A DNA stretch of 43,419 nt from Octopus bimaculoides (GCF_001194135.2 NC_068981.1:75692306-75735724); one strand, 5' to 3'. Shown: positions 26,749-38,832, numbered from the stretch's first letter. Notes: a model not told the origin generated them from the sequence alone. Numbers and translations: made by a program.

Positions 26749-26764
26749 AATAATCCTTTCTTTT

Positions 26765-26978
26765 CTTTTTTTCGTTCCTACTATGGGCATAAAGCCTGAA
26801 ATTTGTGGGGAGGGCACTAGTAGATTACATCGACGCCAGTGTTTCACTGGTACTCAATTTATCGACCCAGAAAGAATGAAAGCCAAAGTCGCCTCAGCGG
26901 AATGTAAACTCGAGAGGGGCGACGGGCGAAATACCGTTATGCATTCCGTCCAGCGTACTAACGATTCTGCAAGCTCGC
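26765..26978 (-). mobile_element. SINE family A, diverged
   Basis: Head to tail alignable; the 3' end runs into (ATT)n on the minus strand. Confidence 0.75.
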
Positions 26979-26980
26979 TA

Positions 26981-27038
<58 letters not shown>

Positions 27039-27058
27039 AATAATAATAATAATAATAA

Positions 27059-27981
27059 GCAACGGACCATGATAAAACGATGGCAAGAAAAGCCCCTACA
27101 TGGTAAATACTGGGCTAAACTAAATGCGAAAGAAATAGACAGAGAAAAATCCCAGCAATGNNNNNNNNNNNNNNNNNNNNNNNNNNNNNNNNNNNNNNNN
27201 NNNNNNNNNNNNNNNNNNNNNNNNNNNNNNNNNNNNNNNNNNNNNNNNNNNNNNNNNNNNNNNNNNNNNNNNNNNNNNNNNNNNNNNNNNNNNNNNNNNN
27301 NNNNNNNNNNNNNNNNNNNNNNNNNNNNNNNNNNNNNNNNNNNNNNNNNNNNNNNNNNNNNNNNNNNNNNNNNNNNNNNNNNNNNNNNNNNNNNNNNNNN
27401 NNNNNNNNNNNNNNNNNNNNNNNNNNNNNNNNNNNNNNNNNNNNNNNNNNNNNNNNNNNNNNNNNNNNNNNNNNNNNNNNNNNNNNNNNNNNNNNNNNNN
27501 NNNNNNNNNNNNNNNNNNNNNNNNNNNNNNNNNNNNNNNNNNNNNNNNNNNNNNNNNNNNNNNNNNNNNNNNNNNNNNNNNNNNNNNNNNNNNNNNNNNN
27601 NNNNNNNNNNNNNNNNNNNNNNNNNNNNNNNNNNNNNNNNNNNNNNNTCTAAAAGAAATGGAAAAACTTTCAAAATACAAAGACCTGGAAATAGAGATAA
27701 CTCGAATGTGGAATCTAAAAACAGAAACAATTCCTATCATAGTAGGTGCCTTAGGTATAATAAAAAAATATTCAGACAAATACATAACAAAAACACCAGG
27801 ACTTACAAATATATATAACATACAGAAAATTGCACTACTGGGTACTGCACACATTCTACGCAAAACACTTTCAATACAGTAAACATAAGAGCACCACAGC
27901 AAACCACAGCACATACCCAAGGCGCACAGAGCTGCGCTCGGTAGTGAAGTGAAAGCACGTTATAAAAATAAAACTACTGAA
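27059..27981 (+). mobile_element. R4/Dong-like LINE, 5'-truncated, relatively young
   Basis: MIKRWQEKPLHGKYW before the gap; MEKLSKYKDLEIEITRMWNLKTETIPIIVGALG...LLGTAHILRKTL (27658-27882, endonuclease C-terminus) after it. ~100-bp 3' UTR and (AAT)n tail. Confidence 0.88.
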
Positions 27982-28529
27982 TAATAATAATAATAACAAC
28001 AACAACAACAACAATAGTAATAACAACAATAATAATAATAAAGATAACTTCATTTATTTCTAAGGACCAGGTAAGGAAGATGGTATAGTCAAAGCAGCTG
28101 GTGACTTCCGATGAATTTAAAATGAATTTCAGAAAAACAGAAAAAAACCTAAAGAAGCGTCAGATCAGAACACCGTAAATAATTTCCTATGGTACTCAAA
28201 AGTATTGATTATTGTTATTTTGCCAATAAGAATCAATATTATAAGAAGTATATCATACGTAATCACATATATACTGGCAAATAATAAGAAGGAAAAGTAT
28301 CTAACAGATTCGTATTACACTATGATAATATTCACGTATGGCATCTCTCTTTCGGCTGGAAATGTAAAACTGACAATTTAAATTATGACTTTGTGTTGGC
28401 AAGTAGTAAATTAAATTTCAGAAATAGGTATTATGTTTTCATCTCGGAATATTTCAGTAAGAAGTTGGTTGGTTCTTGTTTTATCATCCCTTTGGTATTT
28501 ACAATGATTTATGATTAGAAAAAGGTCAA

Positions 28530-28709
28530 TAATAATAATAACAACAAGAACAACAAAAACAACAACAACGACGACGACGATGATGATAAAAAGGAGGAGG
28601 AAGATGACGAGAAGAAGAAGAAGAAGAAGAAGAAGAAGAAGAAGAAGAAGAAGAAGAAGAAGAAGAAGAAGAAGAAGAAGAAGAAGAAGAAGAAGAAGAA
28701 GAAGAAGAA
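28530..28709. repeat. Compound (AAC)/(GAC)/(GAT)/(GAA)n microsatellite
   Basis: Direct reading; about 33 GAA units. Confidence 0.95.
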
Positions 28710-29387
28710 CCAAACAATCTCACATATCGTTAGTAAGTGTAGTAAGCTGGCCCTGAAACAATACAAACGGAGGCACGATAAGGTGCGTAAGTTCGTCCAC
28801 TGGAATCTACGTAAAAAGTACGGCCTGAACAAGAGCTGGTACGAACATGAACCAGAAAGTGTCTCCAAAAAAACAAGTAATATAAGGTACTGCGAGATTT
28901 TACAATCTAATGTGACTCCCTAATCTATGCTCGGAGACCAGATATTGTGTTAAGTATGGGAAAAAAGGAAATCAAGATTATAGATGTTGCAATATCCTTG
29001 AAGGCACGCATAAGTGATAAAATACAGATTGATAAAAGTCGAAGTTGCAAGAATGTGGACTATGAGTAGAGTGTTTGTATTCCAGTTGTTGTAGGGTCAC
29101 TCGGAGCACTAACAACCAAGTTCGAGAAATATGTCAGAGTAATCGGAATTGACACGAGAGCAGAGCAAGCCCAAAAAACTGTGCTGCTGGGGAAAGATAG
29201 AATTTTGAGATTGGTACGTGTATGTTGAATAATTAACAACCAATTATCAAAACTTATAATGGCAGACGGAGACCTTATGAGACAGACCTCTGATAGCAGA
29301 CTGCTGTCTGCTCTCACAGAACCTTCCAGAACAAACAAGACTAAATGTTCCAAGAAGAAAAACGACAACAGCAACAATAATAATAAT
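28710..29387 (+). mobile_element. R4/Dong-like LINE, decayed 3' part, second subfamily
   Basis: My translation: QTISHIVSKCSKLALKQYKRRHDKVRKFVHW (end of CCHC knuckle), ARRPDIV (PD motif), IIDVAI, IPVVVGSLG, KTVLLG...ILRLVRVC* (stop 29226-29228), with stops and frameshifts. Different 3' UTR from 27882-27981; (AAT)n tail. Confidence 0.85.
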
Positions 29388-29761
29388 CAACAAGAGCACT
29401 CAGAGAGCGCAAACATCCGCCAAGGCATCACCAGCACCATCTCAACGATTAGCCAGAGATGATTTTTAAAATAAGAATATCGGAAAGAAATTCGTCCGCT
29501 ATCACAAACGATAATGCTAAAAATGAACCCGACCGCTCTCAAAAAGTAAGTAAAAAAAAAAAAAAAAAAAACGGAAAAAAAAATCCAGAATCCTTGTCCG
29601 GAACCGGATCGATCTCCAAATCATATCAGTTTGTGCCAGTCACGAGGCCAGATATCCCTGAAAGTTTCATCCGAATCCATCCAGCGGTTCTTGAGTTGTC
29701 TTCTCCATAGACAAGCAAACAAATGCGACTGAAACAATACCTCCACCTTCGCTAAGGCAGA

Positions 29762-29767
<6 letters not shown>
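29388..29767 (-). mobile_element. Helentron-type non-autonomous element (HINE/DINE-1-like)
   Basis: Minus strand starts ATTACCTCTGCCTTAGCGAAGGTGGAGG, has a GTTT-like core, a subterminal partner TTGGCGGATG (29414-29423) and a 3' hairpin GCGCTC-TCT-GAGTGC (29396-29410). Embedded in a T-rich array. Confidence 0.65.
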
Positions 29768-29829
<62 letters not shown>

Positions 29830-29841
29830 TGATGATGAGGA

Positions 29842-30765
29842 AAATTGCTGGATATCTTAAAAATTTCTCCTGTGATTTCAAGCTTCCTGAAGCACAACAT
29901 GTCAATGTGGAATACGAATCTCCAAATATACCACTCTAATGGAGTATTGACCACAAAAAACATTAAAATCAACTGCGGCAGTTTCCAAGGTGACTCACTT
30001 TAACCTCTAATTTTCTACATAGCCCTAATACCCATTACAAGTGACTTAACAGAGCAGGGTATGGATATAAAATTGGCGACAAGAAAATTAGCCATCTACT
30101 GTATATGGATGACTTAAAACTCTATGGCAAAGACGATAATGAACTTGAAGGACTACTACGTACTGTGAAAGAATTCAATGATGATATTGAGATGGAATTT
30201 GGTCTTGATGAATGTGCCAAGGCCACTTTTCCGAAGGGGAAACCGAAGATCTCACATTCAAAGGTGTTGGATGCTGATACAGTCATAAAAGAATTCGAGC
30301 AAAAATAAACTTACAGATACCTGGGAATAAATGAAGGCTTTGGCATTCAACATGCAAGTATGAAAGAGAAGATAAAGAAGGAGTGTTACGGGAGAAATCG
30401 AGCAATCCTAAAATCCGAGTTAAATGCACCTAACAAGGTGTTAACTGTAACTTCCTTAGCAGTTCTGGTTGTTGTTTACAGTTTCAATGTGTTGAACTGG
30501 AATATCAGGGAAATAAGGAAAATTGACAGGAAAATCCGTAAGTTGCTGACTTGCAATAAGATGCACCATCCAATGGCAGACGTAGATCGTCTTTACCTAC
30601 CCAGAGCTCAAGGAAGTCGAGGCTTGATCCAATTTGAAATCTCTTGCAAAACCACCACAACTGGACTGGCAAAATATCTTGTAACAACTAACGACTGGAT
30701 GATAAAGCTCGTTAAAAACCATGAAAGACGTGAGAAGCTTCATCCTGTTATGAAGGAGAGCAAAA
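29842..30765 (+). pseudogene. R4/Dong-like reverse transcriptase fragment
   Basis: GSFQGDSL*PLIF (stop 30001-30003), SHLLYMDDLKLY, MEFGLDECAK, YRYLGI, IDRKIRKLLT...HHPMADVDRLYLPR. Frameshifted and truncated at both ends. Confidence 0.92.
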
Positions 30766-30971
30766 CATTTTCCCCTTTATTCTCTTTGTTTACTTTATTT
30801 TTTTATTTTTTCCTTCTTTTCTCTTTCTTCCCCTTTTTTCTCTCTATCACATGACTTTGTAAATGAACAATCTGTTGTCTTTATTTGAATGGCCTACCAA
30901 TGTATACAGTCCGTTTCGCTGCCCTAGGTGTCAAGACACTCGGCAAGAAATGGAAACAGAATTGAAAGATG

Positions 30972-31030
<59 letters not shown>

Positions 31031-31033
<3 letters not shown>

Positions 31034-31120
31034 AATCCTTTCTACTATAGACAGAAAACCTGCATTTTCTGGGTAGGGGCACAGTCGATCATATCGACCC
31101 CAGTACTCAACTAGTACTTT
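31031..31120 (-). mobile_element. SINE family A, 3' fragment with (ATT)n tail
   Basis: CAGTCGATCATATCGACCCCAGTAC body; (AAT)n array at 30970-31030. Confidence 0.7.
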
Positions 31121-31125
31121 AAAGA

Positions 31126-31728
31126 ATTAAACACAACGACATGAAGGAAAAGACAAAAAGAGGGTACCTCCTGCGAGTGTGAAACATATTGGCTTCAAAG
31201 TTGAATGAAAGAATCATAATTACGGCGATAAACTCGCGCGCAATCGCAGTTGTTCGCTATGGCACTCGAAACCTGAAGTGGGCGCAGAAAGAGCTAACGG
31301 AGATTGACAGGAAGTCAAACATTCTCCTAACGATGCATGGAGCCCATCATCCACGTGCAGACACTGGCCGCTTATACATGAAAGAAGCAGATAGATGAAG
31401 AGGATTTGATAAGTGTGGAAGACTGCGTGCGTATGGAACTCGTGAGCTTAATGAGAGACCTAGACAAAGTAAGGAAACCTTGCTAGTGACATTTAGTAAT
31501 GAGGGAGTATTGAAAGCAGAGAAAAAGGAAAACAAAGGAAGTAGTACAATATTGACGTGACAAAGAATTACGCAAGAAAGGATTACACAATCAATTCCAT
31601 GTAGCCGCACCAGAAGTTGCTGGAAAACATAGATGGGACTGTCTGAAGAAACGAAAACTAAAAGAGAAACCGAGAGCACCGTACTGGCAGTGCAAGACTA
31701 AGTTTTGGCCGCAAACTGGAAAGTCAAC
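31126..31728 (+). pseudogene. R4/Dong-like post-RT fragment, another subfamily
   Basis: IKHNDMKEK...AINSRAIAVVRYG...EIDRKSNILLTMHGAHHPRADTGRLYM...KGLHNQF...ETESTVLAVQD*. Ends in (CTA)n(TAA)n. Confidence 0.85.
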
Positions 31729-31810
<82 letters not shown>

Positions 31811-31832
31811 TAATAATAATAATGATAATAAC

Positions 31833-31990
31833 AATTCTTTCTACTTTAAGTCCGAGGGCAGAAATTTAAGGTGCTTGTGGGAATTGTCGATTACATTATC
31901 TCCTGTGATTAACGGGTACATATTTCATCGTTTCCGACAGTAATGAAAGACAAAGTCGACCACGGTGGAATTTGAACTCAAAATGTAAAG
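31833..31990 (-). mobile_element. SINE family A, partial
   Basis: AAAGTCGACCACGGTGGAATTTGAACTC matches 8520-8550. Confidence 0.75.
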
Positions 31991-32009
31991 ATAGTTGAAA
32001 AGTAGTTTT

Positions 32010-32175
32010 TGGGGAGATGGAGAAGTAGAATACATGAACCCCAGTACTTGACTGGTATTTATTTTATCGTACCCGAAAGGATGGAAGGTATATTCGATTT
32101 CGGCCGAATTTAAAACCCTGAATGTGGAGCCGGACGAAATGTCGCCAAGCATGTTCCGCGTGATAACGATTTTGC
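32010..32175 (-). mobile_element. SINE family A, diverged
   Basis: CCCAGTACTTGACTGGTATTTATTTTATCG...GGACGAAATGTCGCCAAGCAT. Confidence 0.65.
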
Positions 32176-32249
32176 CGATTGGGCGCAGAGAATTTATAGT
32201 CCGTTGGAGGGGCAAGAATCCTGTAGACACGGGAACTGGTCTGATGAAC

Positions 32250-32410
32250 TTTTTCTGGATCTTTATGTTCGGAGTTAAAATTCCGCTGTGATCAAGTTTA
32301 TCTTTCGTTCTTTTCAGGTCATTAGAACTAATATCACGTGAGCACTTGGGTTAATGTAATCGATTTACTCCACCTCTAAAATTGCTGTCATGTTGACAAA
32401 ATTTGGAACC
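32250..32410 (+). mobile_element. SINE family A, strongly diverged
   Basis: GAGTTAAAATTCCGC box-B remnant and GTAATCGATTTAC body. Confidence 0.45.
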
Positions 32411-32419
32411 TTTATAATT

Positions 32420-33000
32420 ACTTGGAGACTTCCCGTTCCTTGAAATAATTTGCTTTTATTTTCTTATATATTATATCATTACTTCTATAATTTCTCAATG
32501 AGTTGGGTTACTATATTGTGGTATGATTTGTTCATTGTGTGTAAAGTTTGGGTATTGATGTTTCAAGTCCTCGTTGCTTGTGTCTCTGACCATATAGCTG
32601 GTGATGCCTTTTGCTTATTCGGAGTGCTGATCATGTTAGAGAGAACTGGCTTGTGTTTTCCCTTGTGGTGTTTGTATTGTTGTTTGTATTTCTACCGTTG
32701 CTGATGTTTTTGGTTGTATCGGTGTTGAAGTGATTGTGTGATTTATTAGTTGCTATGTCTCCTCTTATAAGTTGTTCATTTTTGACTGGGAAGTTTTAGC
32801 TTTCCCAGGTTCTACTCTTACCTTTCACAAGCATCTATTCTGAGGATTATTTCCCTTATGTTTTTTTCGCGGGAGATATGCTGCTGCAGTTAGTGATATG
32901 TTTGCGCAATTGAATACATCTGTGTTTGTAGTCTGATTGACTAGGAAGGATGGGACACCTTTGAGTTGCATTGGTGTTGATAGTATCTTTCTCCTGCCTT
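32420..33000 (-). mobile_element. Possible decayed LINE-derived sequence
   Basis: Strong T-rich skew on +, like an antisense LINE ORF; no convincing motif found. Confidence 0.2.
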
Positions 33001-35042
33001 ATGGTGTTGGTGTCTGCATATGTTGGTGTGTGTGTGTGTGTGTGTGTGTAGGTTCTGCTATTTCTTTTGGTGTTGTTGCTACTGCTTTTGATAACGCCCG
33101 CCTTGGTACTGCTACTCTTCCTCTTGACATTAGAGATGCTGCTGCTATTTCTACTGATGCTGCTACTAAGGTGAGTTAATCGGCAGCAGATGGAACCTCC
33201 CTACATCTTAATTTTCTTTTGTAGTGAGTAGAAAACATTTAGACGTTTTTAATACTCACGTATATGGCATCTCAGTCTTCTGCCTGCTATTGCTATGGAA
33301 AGTGGTATGTTATTTGGAAGGTTGATCAAGTCAGGACTGGCGTACCTGATTTATTTATTTGTTTGGATTAAACTTCCGCCGCTGGGATGAACAGTTTTCA
33401 TTTCCAAGCTAATGGACTTGAAGAATATTCGTTTTATTACTTTTTCTAGCTGATTTCCCTGTCTTCACAAAAATCTACTTCCTCATCTCTATTCCAGTAT
33501 CACCTAAAATATTCTTTAGCCACGAATGAAATCGATTTTTTTAAGGTCGCGATCGTTAATGAGTCTGTTTCGGTGTAAAGGCATCGACATATAAGTCTAT
33601 ACATACGTTAAATGTATACTATGCGGCATTGTCATATTGATTGTCGTAGACAAATGTCTTTGCAAAGATGTGAGGACAATTGATATTAAAACTCGACTTT
33701 CGATAGTAATAGTGGATGCTCTACTAACATAGTAATATAATTACGAAAACCTTCAAAGCAATTGTTCTGTATACATACACAACCAGTCTCTCTCTCTATC
33801 TCTCTCACACACACACATACACACACACGCAACCACACACAAACAAACACACACACGTGTGTATGTGTGTATAGATATACATATAAATGTATATATATAT
33901 CTACATATATGTATATCCATCTATCTATCTACCCACCCATTCATCTATCTATCTATCTATCTATCTATATATCTATCTATCTATCTATATATCTCGTTTA
34001 AACAACTTTATAACCGTTATTATTAAAGCATCCATTTAGATGATTCAAATTTCCTTATGTAGTATAATTCATACATATTTTTCTAATAACTTTATAACCA
34101 CCTTCTTTTATTCATTCACCACCGCATGCTCTTGTTAGCTTTTGTTGACGCAATTATATGTTCTAACTCCTCTCACATAATGTATCCGGTTAGAAATACT
34201 GCTTGTATTCAAAAGTTTTAACTCTAGTTAATTAATTCTATTTACGAACAATGAGAACACCAAACATTATGTGAATAATTTCTATAGTGATTTCCACTAT
34301 TCACATGATTTCAATCTCATTTGCAACTTTCAAGAACTGTTTGCAATGTCTTCTCTTGATATAACAAATATTTATTCTCTTTCATATTTATTCAGAAATA
34401 CATAAAAAAATATTTTTCGTATTAAATGTAAAGGTCTAGTGAGTCATATAAAACAGCACGCACGCACACATTGACTTACGTATATCTCTTTGATAAATGC
34501 AATGTATGGAGTTTGTGTGGGGGATCTTTACGAGGTGACTTAATAAAGGCTGTGAAAATAAGAGGGATTAGTTTTGAGGCTGGTCTATCTGGTAGTGATA
34601 TTTAGTAAACTACTGAAGATGAACTGAGAATCTTGTGCTGTAAGTGAATAAGCTAGAGACGGCACCATAGATAAATGTCGAAGTAAGTTAATGAGTGACT
34701 TGATAGAGGATATTAGTATTTTTCTATAACAAGATGAGACTGAATATTTCTGGAAGTTAAATAGCTAGTTATTCTTGAAATATTACTCTTCAAAAAGAAA
34801 CATCTTAGCTGCGATACGAAAACGTTGTGGTCTATGAACGTTGTGATATCGGAATTACAGAAGCTTACTTTTGCAACTCGTTCACAGTTCAGCAGCCGTT
34901 ATATGCCCTCGTAAAACGCTAGATAAATTAGTTCTTTGAAGAAGCTTTCTAACTATTGTAAGATATGGCCGAACTTCCGACTGCAAATTCGTATTCACTG
35001 TATTCATTTATAACATACATAATTATGAATTGACATGCAGAT

Positions 35043-35054
<12 letters not shown>

Positions 35055-35137
<83 letters not shown>

Positions 35138-35140
35138 ACG
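35055..35140. repeat. (GA)n microsatellite
   Basis: Direct reading. Confidence 0.95.
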
Positions 35141-36476
35141 AGAGGATAGAGAAAGAGTGAAAGAGAGAAAGAGAGAAGGGGGTGAAAATAGCATAAACGT
35201 TTGTGCGTCTACTTGTATAAGAGTGTATGTAAGAGTAAAAAATATGTGAGTAAATTTATGAAATCCATTGCCACCTATAAATGCACGTACGTGTGTCTTT
35301 CGTGATAATGTAAGCAAGAAGGTAAATGTGTGAGCAAATGTATGAAATCCATGTCTCTTTATAAACAATATGTATTGATTATAGCTTCAGCTTCATTTCA
35401 TGGATTTATCCTTATCGCTCAACATTGATTGTACTCGTCTGTAAAAAATCACAGTAAGAATATATTTTCTCTACATTCACATAAACGTGTCTATAGATTT
35501 ACAATAATTAGCTCTAAGTCATCGACGAAAAATAAATATTGTTACTGGCAAAATTCTGGATAATCTGAAATTATTTTCTCGTCGCCAATCGGAAATGTCC
35601 ATAAGCATACATACATTTGTTCTTAAAAGTAATTCAAAACAATTCTATTTATCGAGATAATTGAATTCTGATCTGGGATTGTCTTGGGATAAACTTCATA
35701 TGCGTAAATATTGATTTAGGTAGAATTATATTTGTTGATATAAACTAATTATGTTTCAGAAAGAATTTGAGAAGGAACAAGTTATGTGACAAAGATTGCT
35801 TTAGAAAAAAAAAGAAGAAATAAAAAAGAAACATGAGTATACGAGAAGTAAACACCACTTATGAGAAATTGTATACACATCATTAAAATTTAGAATGAAC
35901 ATTCTCCATTTTAAATTATGTATATTTTTATATCTTAAATAATTTTGAAAAGATGAAAAATAAATCAAACAGGAAAACATATGATCACTAATTCGCAAAC
36001 AGTCGCAGAGATCGATTTTCAGAAACGCACGTAAATTTTAATCTAAAAAAAATCACACACACACAGGGTAATACACAATAACACACATACACTTCTCTCC
36101 GCAAAACGAATAAAGCCCGTTGAGCATTCGCCTTAGCATTTGTAACACACTTTCACACACGTTACGCCTTTGTATTTAACACACAATCACAGATAAATTT
36201 TCATACACATGCATTTCTATCCAAATACACGTTCCTATTCTTTATCTCTCACGTACATATTCTCTCTTCCCTAAACGCGCATTCTACTTTTCATGTGTGT
36301 GTGTGTCTGTGTGAGAGCGTGTGTGTGGGCATACGTTATGTATATATATTTATATATACACACACACATATATATGTATTTATGTGTACGTTTCTCAGTG
36401 CAATATATACGTATATGTATGTATGTATAATCAAGGTTGTGTGGTTAAGAATGTCGCTTCCGAAATATGGGTTGAG

Positions 36477-36521
<45 letters not shown>

Positions 36522-37527
36522 CACACACTCACACTCACACACATATATATATATATATATATAAACATACATATATACATACATAAATATATACGTACGT
36601 ACATACATGCATATATATATANNNNNNNNNNNNNNNNNNNNNNNNNNNNNNNNNNNNNNNNNNNNNNNNNNNNNNNNNNNNNNNNNNNNNNNNNNNNNNN
36701 NNNNNNNNNNNNNNNNNNNNNNNNNNNNNNNNNNNNNNNNNNNNNNNNNNNNNNNNNNNNNNNNNNNNNNNNNNNNNNNNNNNNNNNNNNNNNNNNNNNN
36801 NNNNNNNNNNNNNNNNNNNNNNNNNNNNNNNNNNNNNNNNNNNNNNNNNNNNNNNNNNNNNNNNNNNNNNNNNNNNNNNNNNNNNNNNNNNNNNNNNNNN
36901 NNNNNNNNNNNNNNNNNNNNNNNNNNNNNNNNNNNNNNNNNNNNNNNNNNNNNNNNNNNNNNNNNNNNNNNNNNNNNNNNNNNNNNNNNNNNNNNNNNNN
37001 NNNNNNNNNNNNNNNNNNNNNNNNNNNNNNNNNNNNNNNNNNNNNNNNNNNNNNNNNNNNNNNNNNNNNNNNNNNNNNNNNNNNNNNNNNNNNNNNNNNN
37101 NNNNNNNNNNNNNNNNNNNNNNNNNNNNNNNNNNNNNNNNNNNNNNNNNNNNNNNNNNNNNNNNNNNNNNNNNNNNNNNNNNNNNNNNNNNNNNNNNNNN
37201 NNNNNNNNNNNNNNNNNNNNNNNNNNNNNNNNNNNNNNNNNNNNNNNNNNNNNNNNNNNNNNNNNNNNNNNNNNNNNNNNNNNNNNNNNNNNNNNNNNNN
37301 NNNNNNNNNNNNNNNNNNNNNNNNNNNNNNNNNNNNNNNNNNNNNNNNNNNNNNNNNNNNNNNNNNNNNNNNNNNNNNNNNNNNNNNNNNNNNNNNNNNN
37401 NNNNNNNNNNNNNNNNNNNNNNNNNNNNNNNNNNNNNNNNNNNNNNNNNNNNNNNNNNNNNNNNNNNNNNNNNNNNNNNNNNNNNNNNNNNNNNNNNNNN
37501 NNNNNNNNNNNNNNNNNNNNNNNNNNN

Positions 37528-37636
<109 letters not shown>

Positions 37637-38050
37637 TCCAGAGATGGTCGTAGGATGTATACGTTAATGTTTACATCTGGATTTTTATTTGGATTTCTCT
37701 CTTCGAACTTTCCATATACTCTTTTTAGTTTTAATATTAGCGCATCTGATGCAAGGAACCGATCCTATATGTACAAATTTATATGATTTAAACATCGCTG
37801 TATATTTATTACTTGAATGCGAATATGTGCCTCACATACCGAAATATCTATTTTAAATACATAGTTTTACGAAGCATTTAATGGATTGAAATTTATTTTT
37901 CATATATGGACTGATAACCCACATTTTTTTCTCACATTCAAAATCTTCCGTGATATTCCAATAGTTCAATTAATCTTGAGCACTAAATAGTTGTGCTATA
38001 TACGGAGTATAATTCTCCGCATTCATAAATATATTTTAAACAAATTTATA

Positions 38051-38167
38051 TTAATAAGGAGTACGACTGCCTTTGGCAGTAATAATAGCTTGAATTCTAT
38101 GAGGTATGAACTCGTACAAAGTTTGAATTGTTTCCAAAATATTTTTTGTCCATTCTTCTGCTAAAAC
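38051..38167 (-). pseudogene. Tc1-like transposase C-terminal fragment
   Basis: VLAEEWTKNILETIQTLYEFIPHRIQAIITAKGSRTPY* fits the Tc1 tail pattern EEW..I....Q.L..S.P.R..AVI.AKG..T.Y*. Confidence 0.8.
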
Positions 38168-38205
38168 AGTCTCCAACATGGCCGCAGTCTAATGACTGAA
38201 ACAAT
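38168..38205 (+). mobile_element. SINE family B, extreme 3' stub
   Basis: CTCCAACATGGCCGCAGTCTAATGACTGAAACAATAAAAA matches the tails at 23932-23980 and 39270-39310. Confidence 0.6.
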
Positions 38206-38625
38206 AAAAATTTACACACATACACTCACACACAGACACAAATATGTACACACACACAGACACAAACATGTACACACACAGACACAGACACGCACCCCTG
38301 CTCATACATTCACAGAAACACTTACATACATATCCACACGCATACTTACACACACACACATGCAGAAACGCACACACACATGCATACAATTCTCTCTCTC
38401 TATCTACATTTTCCCTCCTTTCCTTTCTAAGATACAGTCACATCTTTCTGTACACGCATTCTGTATCATACCCCAAATGTGTAACGTACATGCATCCTTA
38501 TTGCTACGGAAGCTGACAATCATTTTAAACACACCAACAATGGCATACACTTTAAACAATTGGAAGCACAGTGCAGTATATATATATATATATATATATA
38601 TATATNNNNNNNNNNNNNNNNNNTA

Positions 38626-38832
38626 TACGAGGGGGGGATGAAAAGTTTCAGGCTTTGAAGTTAAGGTGAAAGCCCAACCTTCCGAGTTCTTCTATAGGGC
38701 TTAGAAAAACTAAAGGACTGCCGCGATAAGTGTGTGATGCCGAGAAGGAGAATATGTTCAGTAAAATCATAATTAACTGCTCCTCCTGTATTTTCTTTGA
38801 CTCAAAGCCAGGAACATTTGAGCCCCCCTCCT
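38626..38832 (+). mobile_element. Mariner-derived MITE, copy 2
   Basis: TIRs TACGAGGGGGGGATGAAAAGTTTCAGGCTTTGA and TCAAAGCCAGGAACATTTGAGCCCCCCTCCT. Internal GLEKLKDCRDKCV..(frameshift)GEYVQ*. Confidence 0.85.

Noticed and set aside
28411-28868. Poly-R, poly-L, poly-F and poly-S ORFs
   Set aside because: A (GAA)n microsatellite.
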